DNA of 64,000 nucleotides from Candidatus Hodarchaeota archaeon (GTDB lineage: Archaea; Asgardarchaeota; Lokiarchaeia; Sigyniarchaeales; SOKP01): NCBI GenBank assembly GCA_048887225.1, contig JBHLJY010000001.1, positions 64,001 through 128,000 on the forward strand. Reading direction: 5' to 3'. The position numbers were made by a program, and so were the translations under genes. The stretch's first letter is position 1, and every line of letters starts with the position of its first letter. Below the pieces are notes generated by a model. That model searched no databases. It was given only the letters and a program-made list of their open reading frames with translations, and was not told where the DNA came from. Shown here piece by piece: positions 28,760 through 38,719 of the stretch.

Positions 28760-29983
28760 ATGGAAAAAGTTGCTATTATTGGGGTAGGACATACAAAATT
28801 CGGTAGATTAGATGGTAAAGATTTATTGGATTTATTATGCGATGCTTCATTAGAAGCTATTGAAAATTCAAACACAAACGATAAAGAATTTGGTTCTGTT
28901 TATGTAGGTGCTATGTGTCCCGAAATTTTAAGCCATATGACAGGAATAGCCAGTGCATTGGTGGATAGACTCAGTTTAATTCCTGCCGCTGCTGATCACA
29001 TAAAAAATGGACCTGCCAGTGGTGGTTCTGCTGTAAAAGCGGGTTTCCAAGCAATTGCCTCGGGGATGAGTGATATAGTCTTAGTTGTTGGTGGTGAGAA
29101 AATGACCCATATTAAAACTCCTGGATTTATTACCTCGACTATCGCGACTATTACTCATCACCAAGCAGAGCGTCGTCATGGAATCTCACTGCCATCCTTA
29201 GCAGGGCTTTTAACCCGCGTCTATCTTAAAAAATATAATGCAAAATTGGAGTGGCTTTCAGATATTGCTATTAAAAATCATAAGAATGGAGAATTAAACC
29301 CAAATGCACATTTTCAAAGAAGCATTCATAGTTTCATGGAAAGTGCCATTCAAAAAGGAAAGGGCCAATGGGAAAATGTCTACGAATTTCTTGAAGATAA
29401 TAAGACCAATCCAATAATAGCTGATCCATTAAGATTATTTCATGCTTGTCCCATCTCTGATGGAGCTGCGGCTCTCGTATTATCTAATGCTAATATCGCT
29501 AAAAAACATTGCGACAGTCCTGTTTTAATTTCGGGAATTGGACAAGCAACTGATACACAAATATCTTATGAACGAGACGATATTACTGTCTTAAAAGCTT
29601 TAAAGATTTGCTCTAATCAAGCTTACAAGATGGCAAAAAAGAGTCCCAATGATATTAATGTTGCGGAACTTCATGATGCATTCGAAATTCTTGAAGCTGT
29701 ACAAAGCGAAGATATTGGATTTTTCAATAAAGGAGAAGGAGCAAAAGCCGCTCATGAAGGTTTAACAGAAATAGGCGGAAAAATACCTATCAACCCTTCA
29801 GGCGGTTTAAAAGCAAGAGGTCACCCACTTGGGGCAACTGGAGTGGCTCAAGTTGTAGAATTAGTATTGCAATTACGAGGGGACGCAGGCAAACGGCAAG
29901 TCGCAGATGCAAAAACTGGTATCACCTGCAATTTTGGAGGATTTGGGAATAATATTTTATCGATTTTGGTCGAGAGGATGTGA
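28760..29983 (+). CDS. SCP-x-type thiolase-domain protein lacking the nucleophilic Cys
   Basis: GVGHTKFG, NGPASGG (normally NACASGG), PISDGAAA, ELHDAF, NPSGGLKARGHPLGATG. Confidence 0.85.
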   Translation: MEKVAIIGVGHTKFGRLDGKDLLDLLCDASLEAIENSNTNDKEFGSVYVGAMCPEILSHMTGIASALVDRLSLIPAAADHIKNGPASGGSAVKAGFQAIASGMSDIVLVVGGEKMTHIKTPGFITSTIATITHHQAERRHGISLPSLAGLLTRVYLKKYNAKLEWLSDIAIKNHKNGELNPNAHFQRSIHSFMESAIQKGKGQWENVYEFLEDNKTNPIIADPLRLFHACPISDGAAALVLSNANIAKKHCDSPVLISGIGQATDTQISYERDDITVLKALKICSNQAYKMAKKSPNDINVAELHDAFEILEAVQSEDIGFFNKGEGAKAAHEGLTEIGGKIPINPSGGLKARGHPLGATGVAQVVELVLQLRGDAGKRQVADAKTGITCNFGGFGNNILSILVERM

Positions 29984-29988
29984 GATCA

Positions 29989-30342
29989 ATGGACTATGAA
30001 GAAGAAATAGTATGGAAAAAATGTAAAAAATGTGGATTTTTACAATATCCAACACATTTAAGATGTTTAAAATGTAAAAATAGGGAATTTACTCAGTTAA
30101 AAGCCTCAGGTGTATGCAAATTATTGACTTATACTATTTTAAATGCACCTCCCGCAGAATTTAAAGAACAAAAATCACTTGCGCTAGGAATTGTAGAATT
30201 CGAAAATGGAATAAGGGCATTAGGACAAATTGCTATAAGAGATAATCTTGAAATTGGAATGAAATTAAAACCTATATATAAAAAAATTTGTGAAAATTTG
30301 GATGATAATGAAGTATATGCTCATATTTTTGAACCAATTTAA
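29989..30342 (+). CDS. DUF35 Zn-ribbon/OB-fold protein (thiolase partner)
   Basis: KCKKCG...P...CLKC, LTYT, GIVEFENG; directly follows the thiolase-like gene. Confidence 0.88.
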   Translation: MDYEEEIVWKKCKKCGFLQYPTHLRCLKCKNREFTQLKASGVCKLLTYTILNAPPAEFKEQKSLALGIVEFENGIRALGQIAIRDNLEIGMKLKPIYKKICENLDDNEVYAHIFEPI

Positions 30343-30369
30343 TAAATTAAAAAGGAGGATAAAATTGTT

Positions 30370-32046
30370 ATGTTTTCTTATGAAGAATTAAAAAAAATTA
30401 AAGGTAAACGGCAAGAATGGGAAGAAAAAATTTTGACTAAATTTATAGAGCGGGGCGAAAGAAAAGAAAAATTCGAGACCCCCTCAGGAATTCACTTAAA
30501 ACAAGTATATGGACCAGAAGATATTGATTATATCAATTATTTAGAAGATCTTGGATTTCCAGGAAATCCACCATTCACCCGAGGTGTTTATCCAAACATG
30601 TATCGCGGTAGAATTTGGACGATGAGGCAATATGGTGGCTTTGGAGATGCTACCCAAACTAATGAAAGGTTCAAATATTTAATATCACAAGGGCAAAAAG
30701 GACTCTCCATAGCATTTGATTTACCAACTCAAATGGGATATAATTCAGATAATAATATTTGTTTGGGTGAAGTAGGCAGAGTTGGAGTTACAGTTAATTC
30801 ATTAAAGGATTTTGAAAAAGTTTTTGAAGGAATTCCTTTAGATAAAGTATCAACAAGTATGACAATAAACGCGCCAACTTCTATTCTTTTAGCAATGTAC
30901 ATCGCAGTTGGAGAGACACAAGGTATTTCTCCTGAACAATTAATAGGTACAGTTCAAAATGATATTTTAAAGGAATATGTTGCTCGAGGAACTTATATAT
31001 TTCCTCCTAAACCCTCCTTAAGGTTAATGGCAGATGTTATTGAATATTGTTCGAAATATTTGCCAAGATTTAACACAATAAGTATAAGTGGATATCATAT
31101 GCGTGAAGCGGGAGCTAATGCTATTCAAGAGATTGCTTTTACGATAGCTGACGGTATTGCGTATGTTGAGGAGGTTCTTAAGCGTGGAATTGATATAGAT
31201 GATTTTGCACCGAGATTATCATTCTTTTTTACAACTCATAATTATTTTTTTGAAGAAATTGCGAAATTAAGGGCTGCAAGAAGGTTATGGGCTAAAATTA
31301 TGAGAGAGAGATTTAATGCCAAGAACCCAAATTCATTAAGATTAAGATTTCATACTCAAACCGCTGGTGTAACACTAACTGCGCAACAACCACAAGTAAA
31401 TATAATCCGTGTTGCGCTTCAAGCTTTAGCAGCAGTTCTTGGTGGTACACAATCGCTACATACTTGTGGAGCAGATGAAGCTTTAGCTATACCAACTGAA
31501 GACTCCGTTAGATTATCGCTAAGAACCCAGCAAGTTCTTGCATATGAATCAGGAGTGACTGAGGTTGTAGATCCACTTGGAGGGTCATACTTCGTGGAAT
31601 ACTTAACAACGGAATTAGAAAAAAAAACTATAGAATATATTGAAAAAATAGATAAGATGGGTGGTATGGCAATAGCCATTGAAGAGGGTTACATTCAGAA
31701 GGAAATTCAAAATAGTGCTTATTTGTACCAAAAAAGAATAGAAGATTCCGTTGAAAAAGTGATAGGTGTTAATAAATTTTGTACAGATGAAGAATGTAAA
31801 ATAAATACATTCAAACGTGATGAGAATGTTGAAAAAAAGATTATAGAATCTTTAAAATCTGTAAAAAAAGATAGAGATGAAAAATTGGTTCAAGAAAAAC
31901 TAACTGAATTGAAGAAAATTGCACAATCATCAGAAAATATAATGCCAATAATGATTGAAACTGTCAAAACCTATGCCACAATTCAAGAGATTTGCGACCT
32001 CTTAAGAGAAGCATTTGGGGAATACCGAAGCCTTCAGATTTTTTAG
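30370..32046 (+). CDS. mcmA: Methylmalonyl-CoA mutase, large (substrate-binding) subunit
   Basis: PFTRGVYPNMY, WTMRQYGGF (specificity Tyr), QNDILKEYVARGTY, ISISGYH, DPLGGSY; no B12-binding domain. Confidence 0.92.
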   Translation: MFSYEELKKIKGKRQEWEEKILTKFIERGERKEKFETPSGIHLKQVYGPEDIDYINYLEDLGFPGNPPFTRGVYPNMYRGRIWTMRQYGGFGDATQTNERFKYLISQGQKGLSIAFDLPTQMGYNSDNNICLGEVGRVGVTVNSLKDFEKVFEGIPLDKVSTSMTINAPTSILLAMYIAVGETQGISPEQLIGTVQNDILKEYVARGTYIFPPKPSLRLMADVIEYCSKYLPRFNTISISGYHMREAGANAIQEIAFTIADGIAYVEEVLKRGIDIDDFAPRLSFFFTTHNYFFEEIAKLRAARRLWAKIMRERFNAKNPNSLRLRFHTQTAGVTLTAQQPQVNIIRVALQALAAVLGGTQSLHTCGADEALAIPTEDSVRLSLRTQQVLAYESGVTEVVDPLGGSYFVEYLTTELEKKTIEYIEKIDKMGGMAIAIEEGYIQKEIQNSAYLYQKRIEDSVEKVIGVNKFCTDEECKINTFKRDENVEKKIIESLKSVKKDRDEKLVQEKLTELKKIAQSSENIMPIMIETVKTYATIQEICDLLREAFGEYRSLQIF

Positions 32047-32053
32047 TATCTCC

Positions 32054-33466
32054 TTAATTTTTTATCTTTCTCGTATATTTTGAGATTTTTACTAATAAAG
32101 GTAGAAATTCAAGCGGATCTCCAAATACGGGAACTTTTCTTTCAGATAGTTTTTTAAAAAGTCTCTCCCAATCTTCAGGACAATTAATTCGCTTTAGGAT
32201 TGGAATTAATGGTTTTCTATGTTTATGACCTAAGGTTAGAGCCTCAATCATTTCATTTTCATAGGATTGATTTAATCTAGTTCTAAAAGATAAATCGCTA
32301 TTAAAATAAAAACTCGGTAAATCTACTATCATTCCATCAATATTTCTGTCAGTTAACGCTAAATTAATAATATTATAAAAAGTTTCACTGTTGAAAACTT
32401 GAGCAGAAACATCTAAAGGATTTTTTGAGCTTGTTCCAAGCGTATAAAAAAGTGATGTTATTTGATTTTGGATGTCAGGACTGAAAGGAGGAACTATCAT
32501 ACCCGCTTTTTCAATTAGGTCAACCAATATTACTCCATAACCACCACTGCTGCTAATTACGGCTAAATTTTTTAGATCAAAAAGTCCATATAATTCTATT
32601 AAATAGGCAAAAGATATTAATTGTTCAATAGAATCTAATTCAATAACATTATATTGCGTAAAAATAGCTTTCCATATATGATTCTCTCCAGAAATAGTTG
32701 CAGTATGCGTTTTTGCGGCTATTGAACCAGTTTTAGTTTGCCCGCCTCTCACGATTGCTATAGGCTTTTTATTTTGTTTAAGAATTTTTTTTAACTCATT
32801 TGCTCTCTCTGCCTTAATTCCCTCAATATAACAGATTATAATCTTGGTCTCGGGATCGTTGCTTAAAAAATAGAGTAAATCAACAAAATCTAAATCAGCA
32901 CCGTTTCCGAAAGAAAATACTTTGCTAAAATGCATTCCTAACTGATTTCCACCATAAATTACTAAATTACATAATCCTCCAGATTGTGCTATAAATGAGA
33001 TATCACCGCTCTCAGCCGAAAATCTGGGTCTCCACGCAATACCTAATTTGGGATAATACAGACCTAATCCATTAGGACCTAGCAATCTAACTTTATTTTT
33101 AGCCCTTCTTAGTAATTTTTTCTCTAATTCTAAGCCCTCTTTTGTCCCCGAGTCTGAAAATTCTGCAGTAAAAACACTAGCTAGTTTTACGCCTTTTTCA
33201 ACGCATTCATCCATTACTTCTAAAGTTTTTGAGGGTGGAACGGCAATAAAAACAAAATCAACCTCACCAGGAATATCCCTTAATGAAGGATAAATAGAAT
33301 TTTTATCGAATTCAGGAATTTCTTTTATTAGCGGATTTACAGCATAGAGCTTTCCTTTAAAATTTTCTTGGTGATTTTTTAAAAAAAAGAATCCTCGTTT
33401 TTCTGAAGTACCGATAACGGCCATTGTTTTAATATCATTAATAAAAGAAATATCTTTTATATCCAT
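32054..33466 (-). CDS. ADP-forming acyl-CoA synthetase alpha subunit (CoA-binding protein)
   Basis: YAVNP, LLGPNGLG, AQSGG, SFGNGADL, YIEG, AAKTHT, SSSGGYG, KNPLD. Confidence 0.87.
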   Translation of the reverse strand: MDIKDISFINDIKTMAVIGTSEKRGFFFLKNHQENFKGKLYAVNPLIKEIPEFDKNSIYPSLRDIPGEVDFVFIAVPPSKTLEVMDECVEKGVKLASVFTAEFSDSGTKEGLELEKKLLRRAKNKVRLLGPNGLGLYYPKLGIAWRPRFSAESGDISFIAQSGGLCNLVIYGGNQLGMHFSKVFSFGNGADLDFVDLLYFLSNDPETKIIICYIEGIKAERANELKKILKQNKKPIAIVRGGQTKTGSIAAKTHTATISGENHIWKAIFTQYNVIELDSIEQLISFAYLIELYGLFDLKNLAVISSSGGYGVILVDLIEKAGMIVPPFSPDIQNQITSLFYTLGTSSKNPLDVSAQVFNSETFYNIINLALTDRNIDGMIVDLPSFYFNSDLSFRTRLNQSYENEMIEALTLGHKHRKPLIPILKRINCPEDWERLFKKLSERKVPVFGDPLEFLPLLVKISKYTRKIKN

Positions 33467-33708
33467 GTCAGAAGGTTCAAAATACGTAATTTAAATTAAA
33501 ATCTAAATCATTAAATAATATTTAATAAGAAAAATAGTTAAAAAAATAAAAATCCCTCAGATTTAAGAGATTTTATCTATAAAATATGATAGACTATTTA
33601 TTAATACATAAAGATTTAATTATTTAATGTGCTTAACACATTAGGGTATAATTTGACCAAATTTATATAGCTTATATTAAGTTTAAAAAAATAGAATAAG
33701 GGATTCTC

Positions 33709-34224
33709 TTGACTGAAAATGATAAAAAAATGAAAAAAAGGTCCGAAAGGATGATCAAATTATTTAATGCTGTAAGAGGAAAAAATGTAGGTGAAGTTCC
33801 TGGACCTATTCCTCCTTTTTCAAAATGGTTAAATGGTTCAATTATTTACGTAAAAAGGGGTGAAATCGAGTTAGAGTTCGAAGTTAGGGGCGAATGGGCG
33901 AATCCAACAGGATTACTTCATGGAGGTATGCAGTGTGGATTGATGGATGATACAATTGGCATGATGACGGCAACTTTAGGGTATGAAGGTTTTTTAATAA
34001 CAATCGATTTTCACGTAGATTATCTAGGAAAAGTTAAAGTTGGCGAAAAAATTCGCGTGAAAGGAAAACTCGTTCGAGAAGGTCGAAATATTATTCATAC
34101 CGCATCAGAAATATATAATATGGACGGGAAATTGATTGCTTTGGGAAATGCTAACTTATTAAAAACCAAATTCACCCCTGAGTATGTTAAAGCAATTGAT
34201 AGATTTGATGAAAAGATTTTGTGA
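33709..34224 (+). CDS. PaaI-family hot-dog thioesterase
   Basis: NPTGLLHGG...LMDDTIG. Confidence 0.9.
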   Translation: MTENDKKMKKRSERMIKLFNAVRGKNVGEVPGPIPPFSKWLNGSIIYVKRGEIELEFEVRGEWANPTGLLHGGMQCGLMDDTIGMMTATLGYEGFLITIDFHVDYLGKVKVGEKIRVKGKLVREGRNIIHTASEIYNMDGKLIALGNANLLKTKFTPEYVKAIDRFDEKIL

Positions 34225-34332
34225 AATTTGGGAAATTATCTTTACATTAATGAATTATCAAAATATTTAAAAAACTGAAGTATCTTAATTATTACGAAAC
34301 TCTAAGAAATTAAATATAAGGATTTTGAAATT

Positions 34333-35127
34333 TTGAGTTCTAACTATACTACTTATAGCGAGTCTGAAATCGTTAAAAAATTAACTTTAGGATCACATTT
34401 TTGTTATTTTTATAATAACAAATATGAATTAGTTAATTTCTTAATACCTTATTTTAAAACAGGCTTGGAAAATAATGAATTTTGCATTTGGATTATTTCA
34501 GAAGATTTAACTCCCGATTTTGCTATGAATGCCTTAAGAGAAGCTGTAATTGATTTTGACCACTATTTAGAAAAAGGGCAAATGAAGATTTTGCCTTATA
34601 CAAAATGGTATTTAAAAAGAGAAGTATTTAATCTTGAAAAAGTCATTGAAAAGGCGACATATTATCTTAATCATGCATTAACTAATGGATATAGTGGTTT
34701 AAGAGTAACAGGTGATATTCGTTGGTTAGATAAAAACGATTTAGATCGTTTCATTGATTACGAAATTTATGTAAATAATAGCATTGGAGATTATAAGATG
34801 ATAGCAATTTGTACTTATCCAATCAGTAAATTTAATAAATTTGAACTTTTAGACATTGCAAAATCTCATCAATTTGTACTTACTAAAAGCAATGGAAGTT
34901 ATAAAATAATTGAATATATTGATTCTAAAAGTATTAAAAAAGAGAAGGAGTTAATACAATCTAACATACAAAATATACAACATTTATTAAATTCAATCCA
35001 AGGATATGCTGAAGTTGCGATGATGAAAATAAAGAGAGATAATCCTACTTATAACTACTTAAAAAAAATAAATGCGTCTGCAGAATCAGCATCGGATTTA
35101 GCCAAAAAAATGCTTAGACATAAATAA
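34333..35127 (+). CDS. MEDS-domain sensor protein with C-terminal HisKA-like helices
   Basis: GSHFCYFY, GLENNEFC, GLRVTGD, ICTY, SHQFV; tail LLNSIQGYAE. Confidence 0.82.
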   Translation: MSSNYTTYSESEIVKKLTLGSHFCYFYNNKYELVNFLIPYFKTGLENNEFCIWIISEDLTPDFAMNALREAVIDFDHYLEKGQMKILPYTKWYLKREVFNLEKVIEKATYYLNHALTNGYSGLRVTGDIRWLDKNDLDRFIDYEIYVNNSIGDYKMIAICTYPISKFNKFELLDIAKSHQFVLTKSNGSYKIIEYIDSKSIKKEKELIQSNIQNIQHLLNSIQGYAEVAMMKIKRDNPTYNYLKKINASAESASDLAKKMLRHK

Positions 35128-35369
35128 ATTTGTTTATTAAAATAAACGATGTCTTCAAGCCTCATTTACAAATGTGATGATGGATTTAGATAATTAGCCA
35201 ATTTCTTTTAAATTCTGTTTAATTAATTCTATAAAAAAGACAAAATTTGTAATAAATTTAAAATATTAAGTAAAAATCTTAAAATCTTTAGTAAAATATA
35301 TTTAATAATTATAAATTACAAAGTAAAAGATTTTAATATTAAAGAACAAATAATTGAGATTTCACAAAA

Positions 35370-36356
35370 ATGTTGACAAAAGAACAAGTTGATGACATCT
35401 TAAAAAATCACTGTGTCAATCTTCGTTTTCACGCAAGAGGTGGACAAGGAGGAGTAACAGCAAGTAACCTATGTGTTGAAGCATTTATCGGTTTTGGGGT
35501 TTGTCAACCAAAATTCGGAGCTGAACGTGCGGGATCTCCAACAGAAAGTTATGTAAGACTCAGCATGAATGAAGATCTTGTTCGTAGCAATGAGCAAGTT
35601 TATGTACCTCATTTTGTTTCAGTTTTAGACCCTTCTTTATTAACAGAAGTGGATGTCGCTGCTGGTGTACCCAAAGGAGGGTGGATTATAGTTAATACAG
35701 TAATGGATCAAGTAGCTATTCAAGAAATTGTTAAAAGGAAAGATTTGAACATAGCAACTATAGACGCTACAAGGATAGCCTTGGATGTGTTAGGTAGGAA
35801 TATCACAAACACTATAATTCTTGGTTCTTTAATACGAGTTTCTCAGCTTTTTACTTTCGAAGAATTATCTGATGCGATTATGAGAAGATTTAAAGGTGAA
35901 CTAGCTGGTAAAAATATTGCGGCTATTAAGCAGGCTTATGAGGAAACATGTCTATACGAGATTGGAATTGATCCAGATTTTACTTTAGATACTAAAGTTC
36001 CATGGTATCAAGTAAAACCAGGTTTACCAGGTTTTAAGGAAGTAGATAAGGCGGGAGTTTGGTATTGTGATGAAGATGCTATAGAAGTAGGTAGTGGACA
36101 AGTAAATACTGGCTCTTGGGGAGAATGGGAAATGATTTGGGATGAGGAAAAATGTACAGATTGCGCCCAATGCTGGTTTGTATGCCCAGATTTCACCATC
36201 CTAAGAGAGAAAGGTGAAGATGGATTGTGGCATATGGCAGGAATTGATATTTATCACTGTAAATCTTGCCAGAATTGTCTAAATATCTGCCCAGTGGATG
36301 CAATAAGTAAAAAATTAAAACAAGGTCCAGCAGCTTGTGCTGCGCCAGAAGATTAA
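35370..36356 (+). CDS. porC: 2-oxoacid:ferredoxin oxidoreductase gamma-delta fusion
   Basis: RFHARGGQGGVT, FGAERAGSP, IDATRIA, NTIILG, then NTGSW and CTDCAQCWFVCPD / CKSCQNCLNICP. Confidence 0.9.
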   Translation: MLTKEQVDDILKNHCVNLRFHARGGQGGVTASNLCVEAFIGFGVCQPKFGAERAGSPTESYVRLSMNEDLVRSNEQVYVPHFVSVLDPSLLTEVDVAAGVPKGGWIIVNTVMDQVAIQEIVKRKDLNIATIDATRIALDVLGRNITNTIILGSLIRVSQLFTFEELSDAIMRRFKGELAGKNIAAIKQAYEETCLYEIGIDPDFTLDTKVPWYQVKPGLPGFKEVDKAGVWYCDEDAIEVGSGQVNTGSWGEWEMIWDEEKCTDCAQCWFVCPDFTILREKGEDGLWHMAGIDIYHCKSCQNCLNICPVDAISKKLKQGPAACAAPED

Positions 36357-36371
36357 TGGAGGGATATTAAA

Positions 36372-37598
36372 ATGAGTATTGAACCAATGAGAATATTCTT
36401 TAAGGAGATTAAAGAGCCCGTTGAAACCACAATGATTGGAAATTATGCTGTTGCTGGAGGAGTTACCCAAACAGACCCAGATGTAATTTGTGCATTCCCC
36501 ATAACCCCACAGACTCAGAGCGTAGAAGGGTTGTCCGATGTAGTACATCATGGCAGATTAAAGGCAGCTTTTGTGAATGTTGAGTCAGAATTAGCAGCAA
36601 TTAGTTATTCTACAGCAGCTTGTGCAGCTGGGGCAAGAGCGTTTACGGCCACTGCGAGCCAAGGGTATTTATTGATGACTGAAGGTCTGCCAATAACAGT
36701 AGGTTGGAGACTGCCATTAACTATGATGATCAGTGCCAGAGCTTTCAATTCCCCAAACTTGAATATTTGGAATACTTGGGAATTTACTGAAGTTAATTCT
36801 GAACTTGGTTGGAATATAATCGTCTCGGAAAATGTTCAAGAAACTTACGACGCCGCAATTCTATCGGTAATGATCTCAGAAGATTCATTGTTTCCGACTA
36901 TTTTTGTTCATGATGGATTTATAATCAGTCACTCGGTCCAAAAGCTCTGGTTAACCCCTGATGAAATTGTTAGGAGATTAACTCCAAAGAAGGCAAGACA
37001 CCATATTAATCCCGAGAAACCTGGAACGTGGGGGGGCATTGTAACTCCTGATTTTTTCATGGAAGGCCGCAAAAACTTAGATGAAGCAAAAAAACCAGTT
37101 TTAAATATCATGAAAAATTGTTTCAAGGAATATACCTCTGCGACTGGGCGTGAATATAATCTAATCGAGACTTATAATTTAGATAATTCATCTAGAACCG
37201 CATTTCTTACCATGGGTTCAATGTGTGGGAACATAATTAGTTGGATGACCAACAATAGGGATGTTGGGCTTATTAAAGTACGAGCTTATCGCCCATTCCC
37301 CTATAAGGAATTACAAAAAATTGTTCAAGACCACAACATTGAAAAACTTATAATTTTAGAAAAATCAGATTCTTTGAATGGACTTTTACCACCATTTTCA
37401 ATGACTATTGCATCAGCATTATACCCTCTCAAAACGTTATTTAGAAGTTTTATTGTTGGTTTAGGAGGTCGAGATGTGACTCGAGATGAATTAGATATAG
37501 CTAAGAAAAAAATAGAGGCGATTTCGGATATGAAAGGACCGTTATATATGTATTTAGGTGTAAGAGAAACTAAAACTAAAGTTCATGGGGTGGATTAA
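36372..37598 (+). CDS. porA: 2-oxoacid:ferredoxin oxidoreductase alpha subunit
   Basis: GNYAVA, AFPITPQT, VESE, TATASQG, DGFIISH, GLGGRDV. Confidence 0.92.
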   Translation: MSIEPMRIFFKEIKEPVETTMIGNYAVAGGVTQTDPDVICAFPITPQTQSVEGLSDVVHHGRLKAAFVNVESELAAISYSTAACAAGARAFTATASQGYLLMTEGLPITVGWRLPLTMMISARAFNSPNLNIWNTWEFTEVNSELGWNIIVSENVQETYDAAILSVMISEDSLFPTIFVHDGFIISHSVQKLWLTPDEIVRRLTPKKARHHINPEKPGTWGGIVTPDFFMEGRKNLDEAKKPVLNIMKNCFKEYTSATGREYNLIETYNLDNSSRTAFLTMGSMCGNIISWMTNNRDVGLIKVRAYRPFPYKELQKIVQDHNIEKLIILEKSDSLNGLLPPFSMTIASALYPLKTLFRSFIVGLGGRDVTRDELDIAKKKIEAISDMKGPLYMYLGVRETKTKVHGVD

Positions 37599-37602
37599 AA
37601 AA

Positions 37603-38691
37603 ATGTCAGAACCAGAGAGAAATGTTCTAAAAGTTGATGATATATTAACCAGATCAGGAAAGGCTAATGTGCTGTTCCTAAATTACGATAACGAGGCATT
37701 TATGAATACAGGTATTCAAGAAAGTGGAGGAACTCCCCCATATGCATCAACTACAACTGGGCCTGCGGGTGAAAAAATACCTGGAAAAGTAGGAGTGAAA
37801 CAGGATTTAGTAACTCCATTTGCATTTTATGGTTCAAATTCTCTATTTTTAGCAACTGTAAATCCTGCCTATCCCAACGATTTTATGGGAAAAATAATTG
37901 AGGCAATGAAAACAAATGGTTCTGCATTTATTCAAGCATATTCAGATTGTATGAGAGGTTGGCGTCATTCAGCAGAAAATGCTGCAAAAATCTCAAAATT
38001 AGCAACAGATTGTGGATATTGGCCCCTTTATACTATTCGAGTGAATGATGGAATTCCTACATTTTCTTATTATAGGGGATTAGATATTGATAAGGATAAA
38101 TTTGTAGAATATCTGAAATCTATGGGTCGATTTAGACATCTATTTAAGCCAATATTTAGAGAAAAAGAAATTGATGAGATTATTTATTTTACTGAACAAC
38201 GAAACAAGAAGTTAAAAGGTTTAATTGAACAATTTGGTGCGGAAAAACCCGTAGATATCTACAGATTAAATAGAAAAGCACTAGAACCTCAAAAACATCT
38301 ACAACAAGGTCACGGGCTATGCCCTGGTTGTGGTGCTGGAATGTTTTTAAATCAACTAGCAACAGCAGCTCAATTAGTTGCTGGGAACAACGTAATTTAT
38401 GTAAATAATACCAGTTGCACCGAAGTCTCTACTTCAAAGGATTTTGTTACCTCGTGGACGGTACCGTGGGTTCACCATCTCTTCGAATCTGGGGCAACCA
38501 TCGCAGAAGCAATAAGTACTGCTTATAAAATCCGTAAAGCAAAGGATGATTATAATGGAGAAGTTCCTTATGTAATACATATAGGCGGTGATGGCTCAAC
38601 ATATGATATCGGATTTCAATTTCTTAAAGCAGCATTAGTAAGAACGAGCACAATGGTAGAAATGCATGAATATTTAAAAGATCAGAAATAA
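37603..38691 (+). CDS. porB: 2-oxoacid:ferredoxin oxidoreductase beta subunit, circularly permuted
   Basis: All PorB motifs present, with YDNEAFMNTG...C.RGW...WPLY...GRFRHL preceding GHGLCPGCG...SC.EV...GGDG.TYDIG. Confidence 0.88.
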   Translation: MSEPERNVLKVDDILTRSGKANVLFLNYDNEAFMNTGIQESGGTPPYASTTTGPAGEKIPGKVGVKQDLVTPFAFYGSNSLFLATVNPAYPNDFMGKIIEAMKTNGSAFIQAYSDCMRGWRHSAENAAKISKLATDCGYWPLYTIRVNDGIPTFSYYRGLDIDKDKFVEYLKSMGRFRHLFKPIFREKEIDEIIYFTEQRNKKLKGLIEQFGAEKPVDIYRLNRKALEPQKHLQQGHGLCPGCGAGMFLNQLATAAQLVAGNNVIYVNNTSCTEVSTSKDFVTSWTVPWVHHLFESGATIAEAISTAYKIRKAKDDYNGEVPYVIHIGGDGSTYDIGFQFLKAALVRTSTMVEMHEYLKDQK

Positions 38692-38719
38692 TTTTTTTTT
38701 TTAACATCTTATTTTCTTT

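Noticed and set aside
37663-38639. Complementarity GCTAATG/CATTAGT at the two ends of permuted porB, suggesting mRNA back-splicing
   Set aside because: No 4-bp central helix with 3-nt bulges can be drawn, and a circle would lack a stop codon; probably chance.
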